DNA of 24,000 nucleotides, from the sequence record KT070867.1; one strand, written 5' to 3'. This document shows, piece by piece, positions 6,770 through 14,767 of this stretch. Source of the DNA: Bacillus phage PBC2. The notes beneath the pieces were generated by a model. The model ran no database searches. It was not told where the DNA came from and saw nothing but the letters and a program-made list of their open reading frames with translations. How positions within the stretch are numbered: the stretch's first letter is position 1; every line of letters starts with the position of its first letter. Both the position numbers and the translations under genes were made by a program.

Positions 6770-7531
6770 ATGGCAGACATGCTAGGAAGAGAAGTATTAG
6801 TACAAGCATTGGTGGGGTCGAACAACTATAATCTAGCGACACCAGAAAGAGTATTAAGTGGCAAGACAATCCTTGCATCTGATAAAGATTACAAAGTATT
6901 TGTAACACCTACGTTTGAAGAGTTGTACAAGCAGAAGATGTTCGCAGAGAATATCATCGGTGTGGATGCAGATTATGACTTACATGATATTCGTAAACTC
7001 CCAGATTTATTCTGGAAGGCGAATCTAAATTACTTAGAGCCTTTAATCTCTAAAGAGTTATATGTTGAGGATAGCAAAGAGCTGAAAGAACTCTTTGAAC
7101 TTCGGTATGAAATCTTCAATATGAATCTACCAAAGCTGTTTGATGCTCTTGGCGGTACATTTAAGCAAAAGATGAAGCTATTACCTAAAGGGACAGAAGG
7201 TACGCAAGTATTAGTAGACCTATTTGGATACGATACAAAGCAAGCACAGCATGCTTATCGTTTACTAGACTTTGCAATTAAGTATGAAGCATTAGGATTT
7301 AAAAACCCAGAGAAAGCATTGCGATATGAAGGTGAAGAAATTTTCTTCATGCATGACTTTAAATTTGGATTCTGGACACAAGAGAATTTTGAACGCCTAG
7401 CTTATCATGTCCATGATGCGCAATTCGTACATCTAAAAGAGAAGTATCGCTCACAGAAACCAAATGAAGAGCTTAAATTACATATCGACAATCTAGTGAT
7501 GCAGTTAGTCAAAAAGAAATTAGTAGCATAG
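6770..7531 (+). CDS. Phage nucleotidyltransferase (PF10127/RlaP-like, polymerase-beta superfamily)
   Basis: VGSNNYNLATP...SDKDYKVFVTPTFEELY and DLHDIRKLPDLFWKANLNYLEPLIS match the family's pattern. Confidence 0.8.
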   Translation: MADMLGREVLVQALVGSNNYNLATPERVLSGKTILASDKDYKVFVTPTFEELYKQKMFAENIIGVDADYDLHDIRKLPDLFWKANLNYLEPLISKELYVEDSKELKELFELRYEIFNMNLPKLFDALGGTFKQKMKLLPKGTEGTQVLVDLFGYDTKQAQHAYRLLDFAIKYEALGFKNPEKALRYEGEEIFFMHDFKFGFWTQENFERLAYHVHDAQFVHLKEKYRSQKPNEELKLHIDNLVMQLVKKKLVA

Positions 7532-7532
7532 G

Positions 7533-7561
7533 TTGACAAGAACAAAAATTAATGATATACT
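7533..7561 (+). promoter_or_regulatory. SigmaA-like promoter TTGACA-N17-TATACT
   Basis: Same spacer family (AGAACAAAAATTAATGA). Confidence 0.9.
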
Positions 7562-7586
7562 AGGTATTGTTGGGAGGTGACACGTA

Positions 7587-7718
7587 TTGAATGTACACAA
7601 GGTATACGTTAATAATCATACTGAACCATATATAATTGATGATTATGGATTAAATTTATTCAATAAATATACATGGTTTGCTACGCATGGTGAATATCCT
7701 TATTTAAGAACAAAGTAA
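7587..7718 (+). pseudogene. N-terminal fragment of the HNH endonuclease (TTG start), frame-separated from its catalytic part
   Basis: GGGAGGTG RBS; reads MNVHKVYVNNHTEPYIIDDYGLNLFNKYTWFATHGEYPYLRTK*, typical of the N-terminus of this HNH family. Confidence 0.65.
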
Positions 7719-7762
7719 GAAATGGAAATAAAGATATTATTTTAAAATTTCACATAGAAATT

Positions 7763-8365
7763 ATGAAAGATGAAGTTTTAAATTATGCAAAAGAAGGTAG
7801 TGTTGTTATTGTTGACCATATTGACGGAAATGTTTTTAATAACACTAGAAACAACCTAAGAGTAAGAACTCAATCAGAAAATAATATGAACAAACAACTA
7901 CAAAAGAATAATACAACTGGAATAGTTGGTGTGAGTTGGAATGTTAAAAGTAAGATGTGGACTGCATATATAACAAAAGATAGAAAAAGAGTTAATCTTG
8001 GACATTATTACTATCTAAGAAATGCAGTTAAAGCAAGAGTTGATGCGGAAGATGAGTATTTTGGAGAGCACTCATATAGAAATAGAGATGAGAATTATAG
8101 AGATTATATCGACAGTTTATTGAATTTACCAAATAAAGAAGAACCTTTTATAATAAAGGTGAGGTCTGATACTACTGTCTGTGTTGGTGTCTCATTCTTA
8201 AAGAGCAAAAATAAATATCGGGCAAGAATTGAAGAAAATGGTAAGGTCGAATGCGTTCTTTTTGATTCGCTAGATGATGCTGTAAGATGGAGAAAGTTAA
8301 AAGATATAGAGTATTATGGAAATAATATTATATATTCAAATAAAAAAATAGACAGAGAAATATGA
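7763..8365 (+). CDS. HNH homing-type endonuclease with AP2-like repeats (catalytic and C-terminal part)
   Basis: VVIVDHIDGNVFNNTRNNLRVRTQSENNMNK is an HNH core; NTTGIVGVSW...W.AYI...R..LG.Y and VCVGVSFLKSKNKYRARI...FDSLDDAVRWR are AP2-like. Confidence 0.85.
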   Translation: MKDEVLNYAKEGSVVIVDHIDGNVFNNTRNNLRVRTQSENNMNKQLQKNNTTGIVGVSWNVKSKMWTAYITKDRKRVNLGHYYYLRNAVKARVDAEDEYFGEHSYRNRDENYRDYIDSLLNLPNKEEPFIIKVRSDTTVCVGVSFLKSKNKYRARIEENGKVECVLFDSLDDAVRWRKLKDIEYYGNNIIYSNKKIDREI

Positions 8366-8388
8366 ATGAAATAATAGGAGATGTTGCT

Positions 8389-10347
8389 ATGTCGGATAAT
8401 ATTAGACAATTATCAGAAAAAGAAAAAGTTAGAAAGAAGATTTCAGTATGGCTAGGTGCATCGAACCATATTGCCGTATTGCATACTATTAAAGAAATTA
8501 TAGGTAATAGTGCAGACGAAATAAATAAAGGTCGAGGTGATGAGATTCGAATTGTTCGTCACACAGACAAGAGAATTACAATTGTTGACAATTGTCAAGG
8601 TCTTCCACTTGAAGGCAAGAATAGTGATGGTGTAGATAATTATAAGTTGTTATTTGAAACGTTGTTTGCAGGTACAAAATATGAGAATGGTATTTCAAAT
8701 AACGATTATACTGTTGGCGTAAATGGAGTCTTTAACACTGTATTAACATTCTCATCTAAAGATGTTACATTTGAAGTTGCAAGACCAGATGGGAATATTT
8801 ACTCTATATCATATCATAAAGGAGAAAATATAAGCCCTTTGCGAGTTATCGGAAAATCATCTAAGACATATACGAAGATAACTTATGAATTAGATGATGA
8901 TATCTTTGAAGAGAACTACTTTGATGTTGCAGAGCTTTCAGAGATTGCATCGCAACAAGCTTCATTAATCAAAGGTGCGGTAATTGTTAAAGATGAAGTC
9001 TTAAATACAGAGGATGTTTTTGAGTTTAAGAATGGAATTGTGGACTTTTTAGATGGGGAGACAAAATCATTAACTGATTTACATGATATGATTGTATTTC
9101 AAAAGGACATTTCCCATGAGTTAAAGCAAGAAGGTAAAGATGTAACTGATGATATTAAAATATCAATTGCAATGAAGTATACAAAAGAAGATGATAAGAC
9201 TACTCAAATCGAATTTTTAAATGGAAGTAATTTAATACATCATGGAACAATTTATGACGGATTGGTTGCAGGGTTGAGGAATATCGTAAATAGATATTTA
9301 AAAGATAATAATATGTATAAAAAAGATGAGAAACAGATTACAAAAGAAGATGTTATTGTCGGATTGAATTATGTAATTGATTTCAAATCTTACTTCCCTG
9401 TGTTTGCAAATCAAACAAAATTTGCATCATATGTTAAGTATTACGAAGAAGTAATGAAGAGCGCTCTAGAATCATTTTTTGAGTCATACATAGTAGAACG
9501 AAAGAATGATATGAATTTAATTGCAAAGCAAATTCTTATTACAAAGCAAAGTCGTGAGAAAGCGGAGAAGACACGTTTAGATTTTAAAAAGAAACTGTCT
9601 GGGACTGTCAACAACTTAACTGCACGTGTAGATGGATTCGTTAGCTGTACGTCAAAAGATAAGTCAATCACAGAGTTTTATATCGTGGAAGGGAAATCCG
9701 CCTTAGGCTCAACACAGCAAGGTCGTGACCCATTATTCCAAGCAATCTATGCATTGCGTGGCAAGACTCTTAACTGTCTTAAAGCTGATTACGATAAGAT
9801 TTTTAAGAATGATATTATCGTAGATTTAATTAAGATTCTTGGATGTGGCGTAGAAGTTAAATCTAAGCACGCAAAAGATTTAAATACATTTGACATTGAA
9901 AATTTACGTTGGTCAAAAGTAATTATTGCTACAGATGCAGACGTAGATGGATTCCATATCCGAACGCTGATTCTTACAATGATTTACCGTCTAATGCCTA
10001 CGCTGATTGAAGAAGGTTATATTTACATAGCTGAATCTCCATTGTATGAGATTACACAGAATGATGTATCTGTATTCGCATACAATGATGCAGAGAAGGA
10101 TGAAATTGTCTCTAAAATGACAGGTAGTTATACAATCCAACGCTCAAAAGGTCTTGGTGAGAATACGGCTGAAATGATGTGGGATACTACTATGAATCCA
10201 GAGACACGTAGACTGATTCAAATAAAGCCAGATGATTTTGAAGAGACTATGAAGACATTTGAATTATTCTTAGGCGATAACTTAGAAGGTCGTAAAGAGT
10301 ACATCGAAAATAATTTACATAAATATGTTGAAGATGTGCTTGACTAA
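8389..10347 (+). CDS. Type IIA DNA topoisomerase, ATPase/TOPRIM subunit (GyrB/ParE-like)
   Basis: GHKL motifs EIIGNSADEI and DNCQGLP; TOPRIM FYIVEGKSALG and IIATDADVDGFHIRTL. RBS ATAGGAG supports ATG 8389 over the listed 8362. Confidence 0.95.
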   Translation: MSDNIRQLSEKEKVRKKISVWLGASNHIAVLHTIKEIIGNSADEINKGRGDEIRIVRHTDKRITIVDNCQGLPLEGKNSDGVDNYKLLFETLFAGTKYENGISNNDYTVGVNGVFNTVLTFSSKDVTFEVARPDGNIYSISYHKGENISPLRVIGKSSKTYTKITYELDDDIFEENYFDVAELSEIASQQASLIKGAVIVKDEVLNTEDVFEFKNGIVDFLDGETKSLTDLHDMIVFQKDISHELKQEGKDVTDDIKISIAMKYTKEDDKTTQIEFLNGSNLIHHGTIYDGLVAGLRNIVNRYLKDNNMYKKDEKQITKEDVIVGLNYVIDFKSYFPVFANQTKFASYVKYYEEVMKSALESFFESYIVERKNDMNLIAKQILITKQSREKAEKTRLDFKKKLSGTVNNLTARVDGFVSCTSKDKSITEFYIVEGKSALGSTQQGRDPLFQAIYALRGKTLNCLKADYDKIFKNDIIVDLIKILGCGVEVKSKHAKDLNTFDIENLRWSKVIIATDADVDGFHIRTLILTMIYRLMPTLIEEGYIYIAESPLYEITQNDVSVFAYNDAEKDEIVSKMTGSYTIQRSKGLGENTAEMMWDTTMNPETRRLIQIKPDDFEETMKTFELFLGDNLEGRKEYIENNLHKYVEDVLD

Positions 10348-10369
10348 ACGCTAAAGATAATGATATAAT
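10340..10369 (+). promoter_or_regulatory. Probable sigmaA-like promoter TTGACT-N18-TATAAT overlapping the upstream stop codon
   Basis: AAAGATAATGATATAAT matches the repeated pattern; spacer is one nt longer. Confidence 0.7.
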
Positions 10370-10393
10370 GTAAACATAGAAAGGATTGGTACA

Positions 10394-12535
10394 ATGGTAA
10401 CAGTAATTGAACAAAGTATTATTGATGCGTTAATAAATAACTATATGCCATATACAGCATATGTTATTCAAGAGAGGGCTTTACCAGAGATTGATGGATT
10501 CAAGCCTTCTCAAAGACGTATCCTTGTAACAGCTAGAAACATGGGGCTGTTAACTAGTGGACGTAAGAAGTCACAAGGGGTTGTAGGACAAACGATGTTC
10601 CTGCATCCTCATGGTGACGGTGCGATTTATGAAACTCTAGTACGTATGGCTAGAGATGCAGAAGCGCTATTGCATCCATTCATTGATTCCAAAGGAAACT
10701 TTGGTAAGCAGTATTCTAAGAATATGCAGTACGCATCTGCACGTTACACAGAGGTAAAGCTAGAGCCTATCTCAAAGGAATTATTTAAAGGCATTAATAA
10801 AAATGCAGTTGAAATGGTTGATAATTATGATGGAACTCTGAAAGAGCCAAAGTTATTGCCTGTAACATTCCCTGTGATTCTAGTAAATCCTCAAAGTGGT
10901 ACGGCAGTTGGTATGGCAAGTAGCATTGCACCATTCAATTTAATTGAGGTATTGGACTTTACAATGGCATATATCAGAAGTCCAAAGACAGCAAATGTAT
11001 CTGATTATATTAAAGCACCAGACTTCCCAACAGGTGGAAACGTGGTCTATGATAAGAATACATTTGAGAAAATCTTTGAAACTGGTAGAGGGTCATTCAC
11101 AATTCGTGCTACATACAAGTTTGAAAAGGATGCAATTATTTTTGAAGAACTTCCTTATACGGCAACGTTTGAGACAATCATTGAAAAGATTGCAGAGTTG
11201 GTAAAGGATGGCAAGTTAAAAGATGTTGTTGATGTGAATGATATCTATGGTATTAATTCAAAAGGTATCAGAGTTTCAGTAAAGAAAAATACAGATAAAG
11301 AAGCCTTAGTTGAGCGACTTTTCCGCATGACTCCTTTACAATCAACATATCCTTGTAACTTCAACGTTGTTATTGATGGAAGACCTAGAGTATTAGGAAT
11401 CAAAGGTATTGTGCATGAATGGCTACGATTCAGAGCTGAATCTATTAAGCGTGAGCTAATGTTTGATAGAGACAAGAAAATCGACAAGCGCCACAACTTA
11501 CTTGCATTGCAACAAGTGTTGTTAGATGTTGATACGGCAATTAAAATTATTCGTGAAACGAAGAAAAATGATGAAGTGTTGCAAAATCTGATGGACACAT
11601 TTAAGATTGATGAGGTGCAAGCAGAGTTTGTCGCAGAGATTAAGTTAAAGCATCTTAATAAAGAGTATTTACTTCAACGAATCTCTGAAATTAAAACTCT
11701 AGAAGAAGAGATTAAAGACCTTGAAGAATTGCACTATAATCGTAAACGTCTTGCAGAATATATTATTAATGAATTAGAAGACATTAAGAAGAATTATGGT
11801 CAAGAGCGTAAATCTGGAATCATTGAAGCGACAGCAGTTGCGAAAGCAGAAAAAGAAGCTGTAGTAGTCGATGATTACAATGTGAAAATATTTATAACAA
11901 AAGATGGATATTTAAAGAAAATACCATTGACATCTCTTCGTGGAAATTATAATATTAATATTAAGGAAGGCGATGAAATTATCAGTGAGATTGAGACTAC
12001 GAATAACTCTGATATTCTAGTATTCACTGATAAGCACAACTGCTACAAATATAAGACTTATGATATTAAAGACCATAAGCCATCTGTACTAGGTGAATAT
12101 CTGCCATCCCTATTAGGATTAGAAGATGAAGAGTTATTATTTGCAACAGTAACAAAGGATTACACAGGCAATCTACTAATTGGATTCGAAGATGGAAAAG
12201 TAGCGAAGATTGACTTATCTGCCTACGAAACTAAAACGAATCGTAAAATGATAAAGAATGCCTATGCAAGCAAGAAAGCTTTATATTTCAAACATATCCA
12301 TGAGGATATTGATTTAGTAGCATGGTCTAGCATCGACAAGATTCTTGTTTTCAATACGTCTATGATTAATTCTAAGACGAGTAAAACAACTATCGGTGTA
12401 CAAGCTATGAAGTCTAAGAATGATAGTTATGTAATTAAGTATCTTGATGTCAAAGAAGAGCACTTAGATGTTGTCGATTATTACCGTACTGCAAACGCAG
12501 GTGTCGGAAAATATCTAAGAGCAGGAGATTTTTAA
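10394..12535 (+). CDS. Type IIA DNA topoisomerase, cleavage subunit (GyrA/ParC-like)
   Basis: YVIQERALPEIDGFKPSQRRIL, HPHGDGAIYETLVRMA and SARYTEVKLEPIS (catalytic Tyr); C-terminal beta-pinwheel-like region. Confidence 0.96.
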   Translation: MVTVIEQSIIDALINNYMPYTAYVIQERALPEIDGFKPSQRRILVTARNMGLLTSGRKKSQGVVGQTMFLHPHGDGAIYETLVRMARDAEALLHPFIDSKGNFGKQYSKNMQYASARYTEVKLEPISKELFKGINKNAVEMVDNYDGTLKEPKLLPVTFPVILVNPQSGTAVGMASSIAPFNLIEVLDFTMAYIRSPKTANVSDYIKAPDFPTGGNVVYDKNTFEKIFETGRGSFTIRATYKFEKDAIIFEELPYTATFETIIEKIAELVKDGKLKDVVDVNDIYGINSKGIRVSVKKNTDKEALVERLFRMTPLQSTYPCNFNVVIDGRPRVLGIKGIVHEWLRFRAESIKRELMFDRDKKIDKRHNLLALQQVLLDVDTAIKIIRETKKNDEVLQNLMDTFKIDEVQAEFVAEIKLKHLNKEYLLQRISEIKTLEEEIKDLEELHYNRKRLAEYIINELEDIKKNYGQERKSGIIEATAVAKAEKEAVVVDDYNVKIFITKDGYLKKIPLTSLRGNYNINIKEGDEIISEIETTNNSDILVFTDKHNCYKYKTYDIKDHKPSVLGEYLPSLLGLEDEELLFATVTKDYTGNLLIGFEDGKVAKIDLSAYETKTNRKMIKNAYASKKALYFKHIHEDIDLVAWSSIDKILVFNTSMINSKTSKTTIGVQAMKSKNDSYVIKYLDVKEEHLDVVDYYRTANAGVGKYLRAGDF

Positions 12536-12554
12536 AAAAGATTTAAAAAAGATG

Positions 12555-12583
12555 TAGACAAGCACAAAAAATAATGATATAAT
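12555..12583 (+). promoter_or_regulatory. SigmaA-like promoter TAGACA-N17-TATAAT
   Basis: Spacer AGCACAAAAAATAATGA matches the repeated pattern. Confidence 0.8.
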
Positions 12584-12628
12584 AAGTACATAAGGTTGAG
12601 AGAGAAACTTAAAGGATGTGATTCTCAA

Positions 12629-12703
12629 ATGTACTACGTTACAATGCTAGTAATATTATCAGCAGTTGGTTGGTGGGTTTCTGGTAAGTTTATCAAAAAA
12701 TAG
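12629..12703 (+). CDS. Possible 24-aa single-pass membrane peptide (MYYVTMLVILSAVGWWVSGKFIKK)
   Basis: Hydrophobic core with a basic tail; AAAGGA upstream; lies between a promoter and the SPFH gene. Confidence 0.4.
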   Translation: MYYVTMLVILSAVGWWVSGKFIKK

Positions 12704-12768
12704 GTAACACGTGTCTATGACACTCTTACATAAAAAACAAAAAATTATAAAAAAGGGAGAATGATATT

Positions 12769-13599
12769 ATGTTGAATCGAGTAGCTAAAAGAGGAATTAT
12801 TGCAGGAGTAGTTGGAGTAGTTGGATTGACAGCATGGTTAAACTTTACAGAGGTTGTAAGTCAAGGGCATGTTGGTGTAATCTTTGACCGCACGCAAGGT
12901 GGAGTGCAGAGTGAAGTATTAACGGAAGGTTTGAACTTCGTGTCACCATTTGCGAAAATTACAGAGTACCCAATTTCAGTTGAGACAGTTAAGTACAGCC
13001 TGTCATTACCAACGGCAGATACAAAAACTATCACAATTCCAATCGTGTTTGACTACCATAACGACCCACAAAAGGTTGATGACATTTATCGTGAGTGGCG
13101 TGGACAAAAACCAGAAGCTTTAGAGAAAGGATACTTACGTAACAGTATGGTAGGCATTGCTTCCGAAGTAACATCTAAATACACAATCTTAGAACTTAAC
13201 TCTAATCGTGCAGAGATTCAAACTAAGATTATGGAAGCCTTCACTAAGAAAGTTGGCAAGAAAGGATTCACTGTTACATCTGTAGTATTAGGAACACCAG
13301 ACTACGATGCACAGACTAAAGAAGCGATTCAGCAAGTAGTAAACAAACAACAAGAAGTTAAAGCTTTAGAAGTTGAAAAACAAAAAGCTGAATTAAATGC
13401 ACAGAAACAAGAGATTGAAGCAAAAGGTAATGCGACTAAGCAATTGATTGATGCACAAGCAGAAGCAGATGCTAACCGCAAAATCAAAGAATCTCTAAGC
13501 CCAGAGTTAATCCAAAAAATCGAAGCAGAAGCACGCTTGAAACATGGTTGGGTCGAAGTGCAAACAGGTCAAGCTATCGTAGATGCAGGCAAGAAATAA
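12769..13599 (+). CDS. SPFH/prohibitin-like membrane protein
   Basis: N-terminal TM, VVSQGHVGVIFDRTQGGVQSEVLTEGLNFVSPF, then a heptad-rich helical region QEVKALEVEKQKAELNAQKQEIEAKGNATKQLIDAQAEADAN. Confidence 0.88.
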   Translation: MLNRVAKRGIIAGVVGVVGLTAWLNFTEVVSQGHVGVIFDRTQGGVQSEVLTEGLNFVSPFAKITEYPISVETVKYSLSLPTADTKTITIPIVFDYHNDPQKVDDIYREWRGQKPEALEKGYLRNSMVGIASEVTSKYTILELNSNRAEIQTKIMEAFTKKVGKKGFTVTSVVLGTPDYDAQTKEAIQQVVNKQQEVKALEVEKQKAELNAQKQEIEAKGNATKQLIDAQAEADANRKIKESLSPELIQKIEAEARLKHGWVEVQTGQAIVDAGKK

Positions 13600-13796
13600 T
13601 GAAGAGGGTCTTGATAGCAAGACCTCTCTCTCATATATCTTGGTGGAATGACCTAATCGGTCAAGTTGTCCCTGTCTTGGAGGTATACGAAAAGACAGGG
13701 TATGTCAAGATAGAAGCTCTAAGAACAGAGGAAGGATTCGAACCATACAAGATACAGGGTTGGATAAACCCAGAGTGTCTAGATGTAGTAGAATAA
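13599..13796 (+). CDS. Small hypothetical protein, possibly SH3-like
   Basis: TAATG overlap with the SPFH stop; the ORF-track start 13548 would overlap the SPFH gene. Confidence 0.6.
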   Translation: MKRVLIARPLSHISWWNDLIGQVVPVLEVYEKTGYVKIEALRTEEGFEPYKIQGWINPECLDVVE

Positions 13797-13817
13797 GCTT
13801 CATAAAAGACAGGTTTT

Positions 13818-13849
13818 ATACAGAGATTATCGCTTGATAGTCTCTGTAT
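13818..13849 (+). other. Intergenic stem-loop, 13-bp stem with one G-U pair, 6-nt loop, no T-tract
   Basis: ATACAGAGATTAT-CGCTTG-ATAGTCTCTGTAT. Confidence 0.75.
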
Positions 13850-13873
13850 CTTACTAAATTAGGAGGGGTACAT

Positions 13874-14299
13874 ATGATTTATAAACATTATAAAGGCGGT
13901 TTATACTTTATGGTCGGTTACGTCACACAGTTTATGCCAAGTGATAATCTACAAGTTGAACTATTTAAAACGGCAATGCACACAGAAACCGAAGAAGTAT
14001 TAACAGTCCTATTAGTCAAAGATAAAGCAACTGGTGGCAGTCATTATGCAGTAGATAGTGACAAATATAAAGGCATCCTTTGCTTCTACGAAGATATTGA
14101 TGGTAACTACTGGTTGAGACCAAAAGAAATGTTCTTCGGAACAGTAATGACTTCACGACCAGAATTTAGACAACTAATCAAAGTACCACGATTTGAGAAA
14201 GTAACAGGTAAAGAATTATTCGATGCAATTTCAGATTTAATTGATAGAGAAGTTGGAGCTATAGCAGAGCATCTGAATAATATGATAGAAGAATCATAA
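13874..14299 (+). CDS. DUF1653-like domain protein
   Basis: YKHYKGGLYFMVGYV followed by a beta-rich region; AGGAGG RBS. Confidence 0.65.
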   Translation: MIYKHYKGGLYFMVGYVTQFMPSDNLQVELFKTAMHTETEEVLTVLLVKDKATGGSHYAVDSDKYKGILCFYEDIDGNYWLRPKEMFFGTVMTSRPEFRQLIKVPRFEKVTGKELFDAISDLIDREVGAIAEHLNNMIEES

Positions 14300-14307
14300 G
14301 ACGTTTA

Positions 14308-14336
14308 TTGACAGAAGCTAATAATAATGATATAAT
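14308..14336 (+). promoter_or_regulatory. SigmaA-like promoter TTGACA-N17-TATAAT
   Basis: Perfect -35 and -10; the ORF track start for nrdI falls on this -35 box. Confidence 0.95.
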
Positions 14337-14350
14337 TAGTAGTATGTCAT

Positions 14351-14383
14351 TTCGAGAGACACAACATCTAGTGTCTCTTCGAA
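14351..14383 (+). promoter_or_regulatory. Stem-loop in the nrdI leader
   Basis: TTCGAGAGACAC-aacatcta-GTGTCTCTTCGAA, 12 pairs with one bulged T. Confidence 0.75.
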
Positions 14384-14400
14384 TTAATATATTGAAAGGG

Positions 14401-14766
14401 GTGATTAAAACGCTGATAGTATTTGATTCCTTTACTGGCAACGTTGAAAGATTCATTAAGAAAGTGGGTCTTGATGCTGTCAAGATTAAGGAAGGGTTAA
14501 TTATCAAAGAGCCTTTTGTATTAGTGACTTATACAACTGGCATGGGAAACATCCCTCCATCAACTGCGAAGTTCCTTGCAAGAGGTAGCTTCATTAATAT
14601 GAAAGCAGTTGCATCCAGTGGTAATCGAAACTGGATACCAATGTTTGCAGAAGCAGGCGTAAAGATTTCAAAGCAATTCAATGTACCGTTATTACTCAAG
14701 TTTGAGAATGATGGTACAAAGAGTGATGTTGAAGAGTTTATAAAACAAGTAAAGGGGATTGAATAA
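14401..14766 (+). CDS. nrdI: NrdI flavodoxin-like protein (start codon uncertain)
   Basis: TLIVFDSFTGNVERFI, PFVLVTYTTGMGNIPPST and AVASSGNRNW resemble NrdI; located upstream of nrdE/nrdF. Confidence 0.92.
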   Translation: MIKTLIVFDSFTGNVERFIKKVGLDAVKIKEGLIIKEPFVLVTYTTGMGNIPPSTAKFLARGSFINMKAVASSGNRNWIPMFAEAGVKISKQFNVPLLLKFENDGTKSDVEEFIKQVKGIE

Positions 14767-14767
14767 T

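Noticed and set aside
1604-7718. Programmed -1 ribosomal frameshifting at the three split genes
   Set aside because: The 1609 A-run allows slippage, but re-pairing at 5985 and 7712 is not cognate and no convincing downstream pseudoknot was evident. A missing A is simpler. Not excluded; listed as a test in the finding.
13834-13860. TTGATA...TAAATT resembling a promoter
   Set aside because: The spacer is too short (about 15 nt), both boxes are poor, and it lies within the stem-loop; it lacks the conserved spacer pattern.
14308-14400. Upstream coding part of the listed nrdI ORF
   Set aside because: It begins in the -35 box and runs through promoter and stem-loop; the protein before VIKTLIVFDSFTGN has no resemblance to NrdI.
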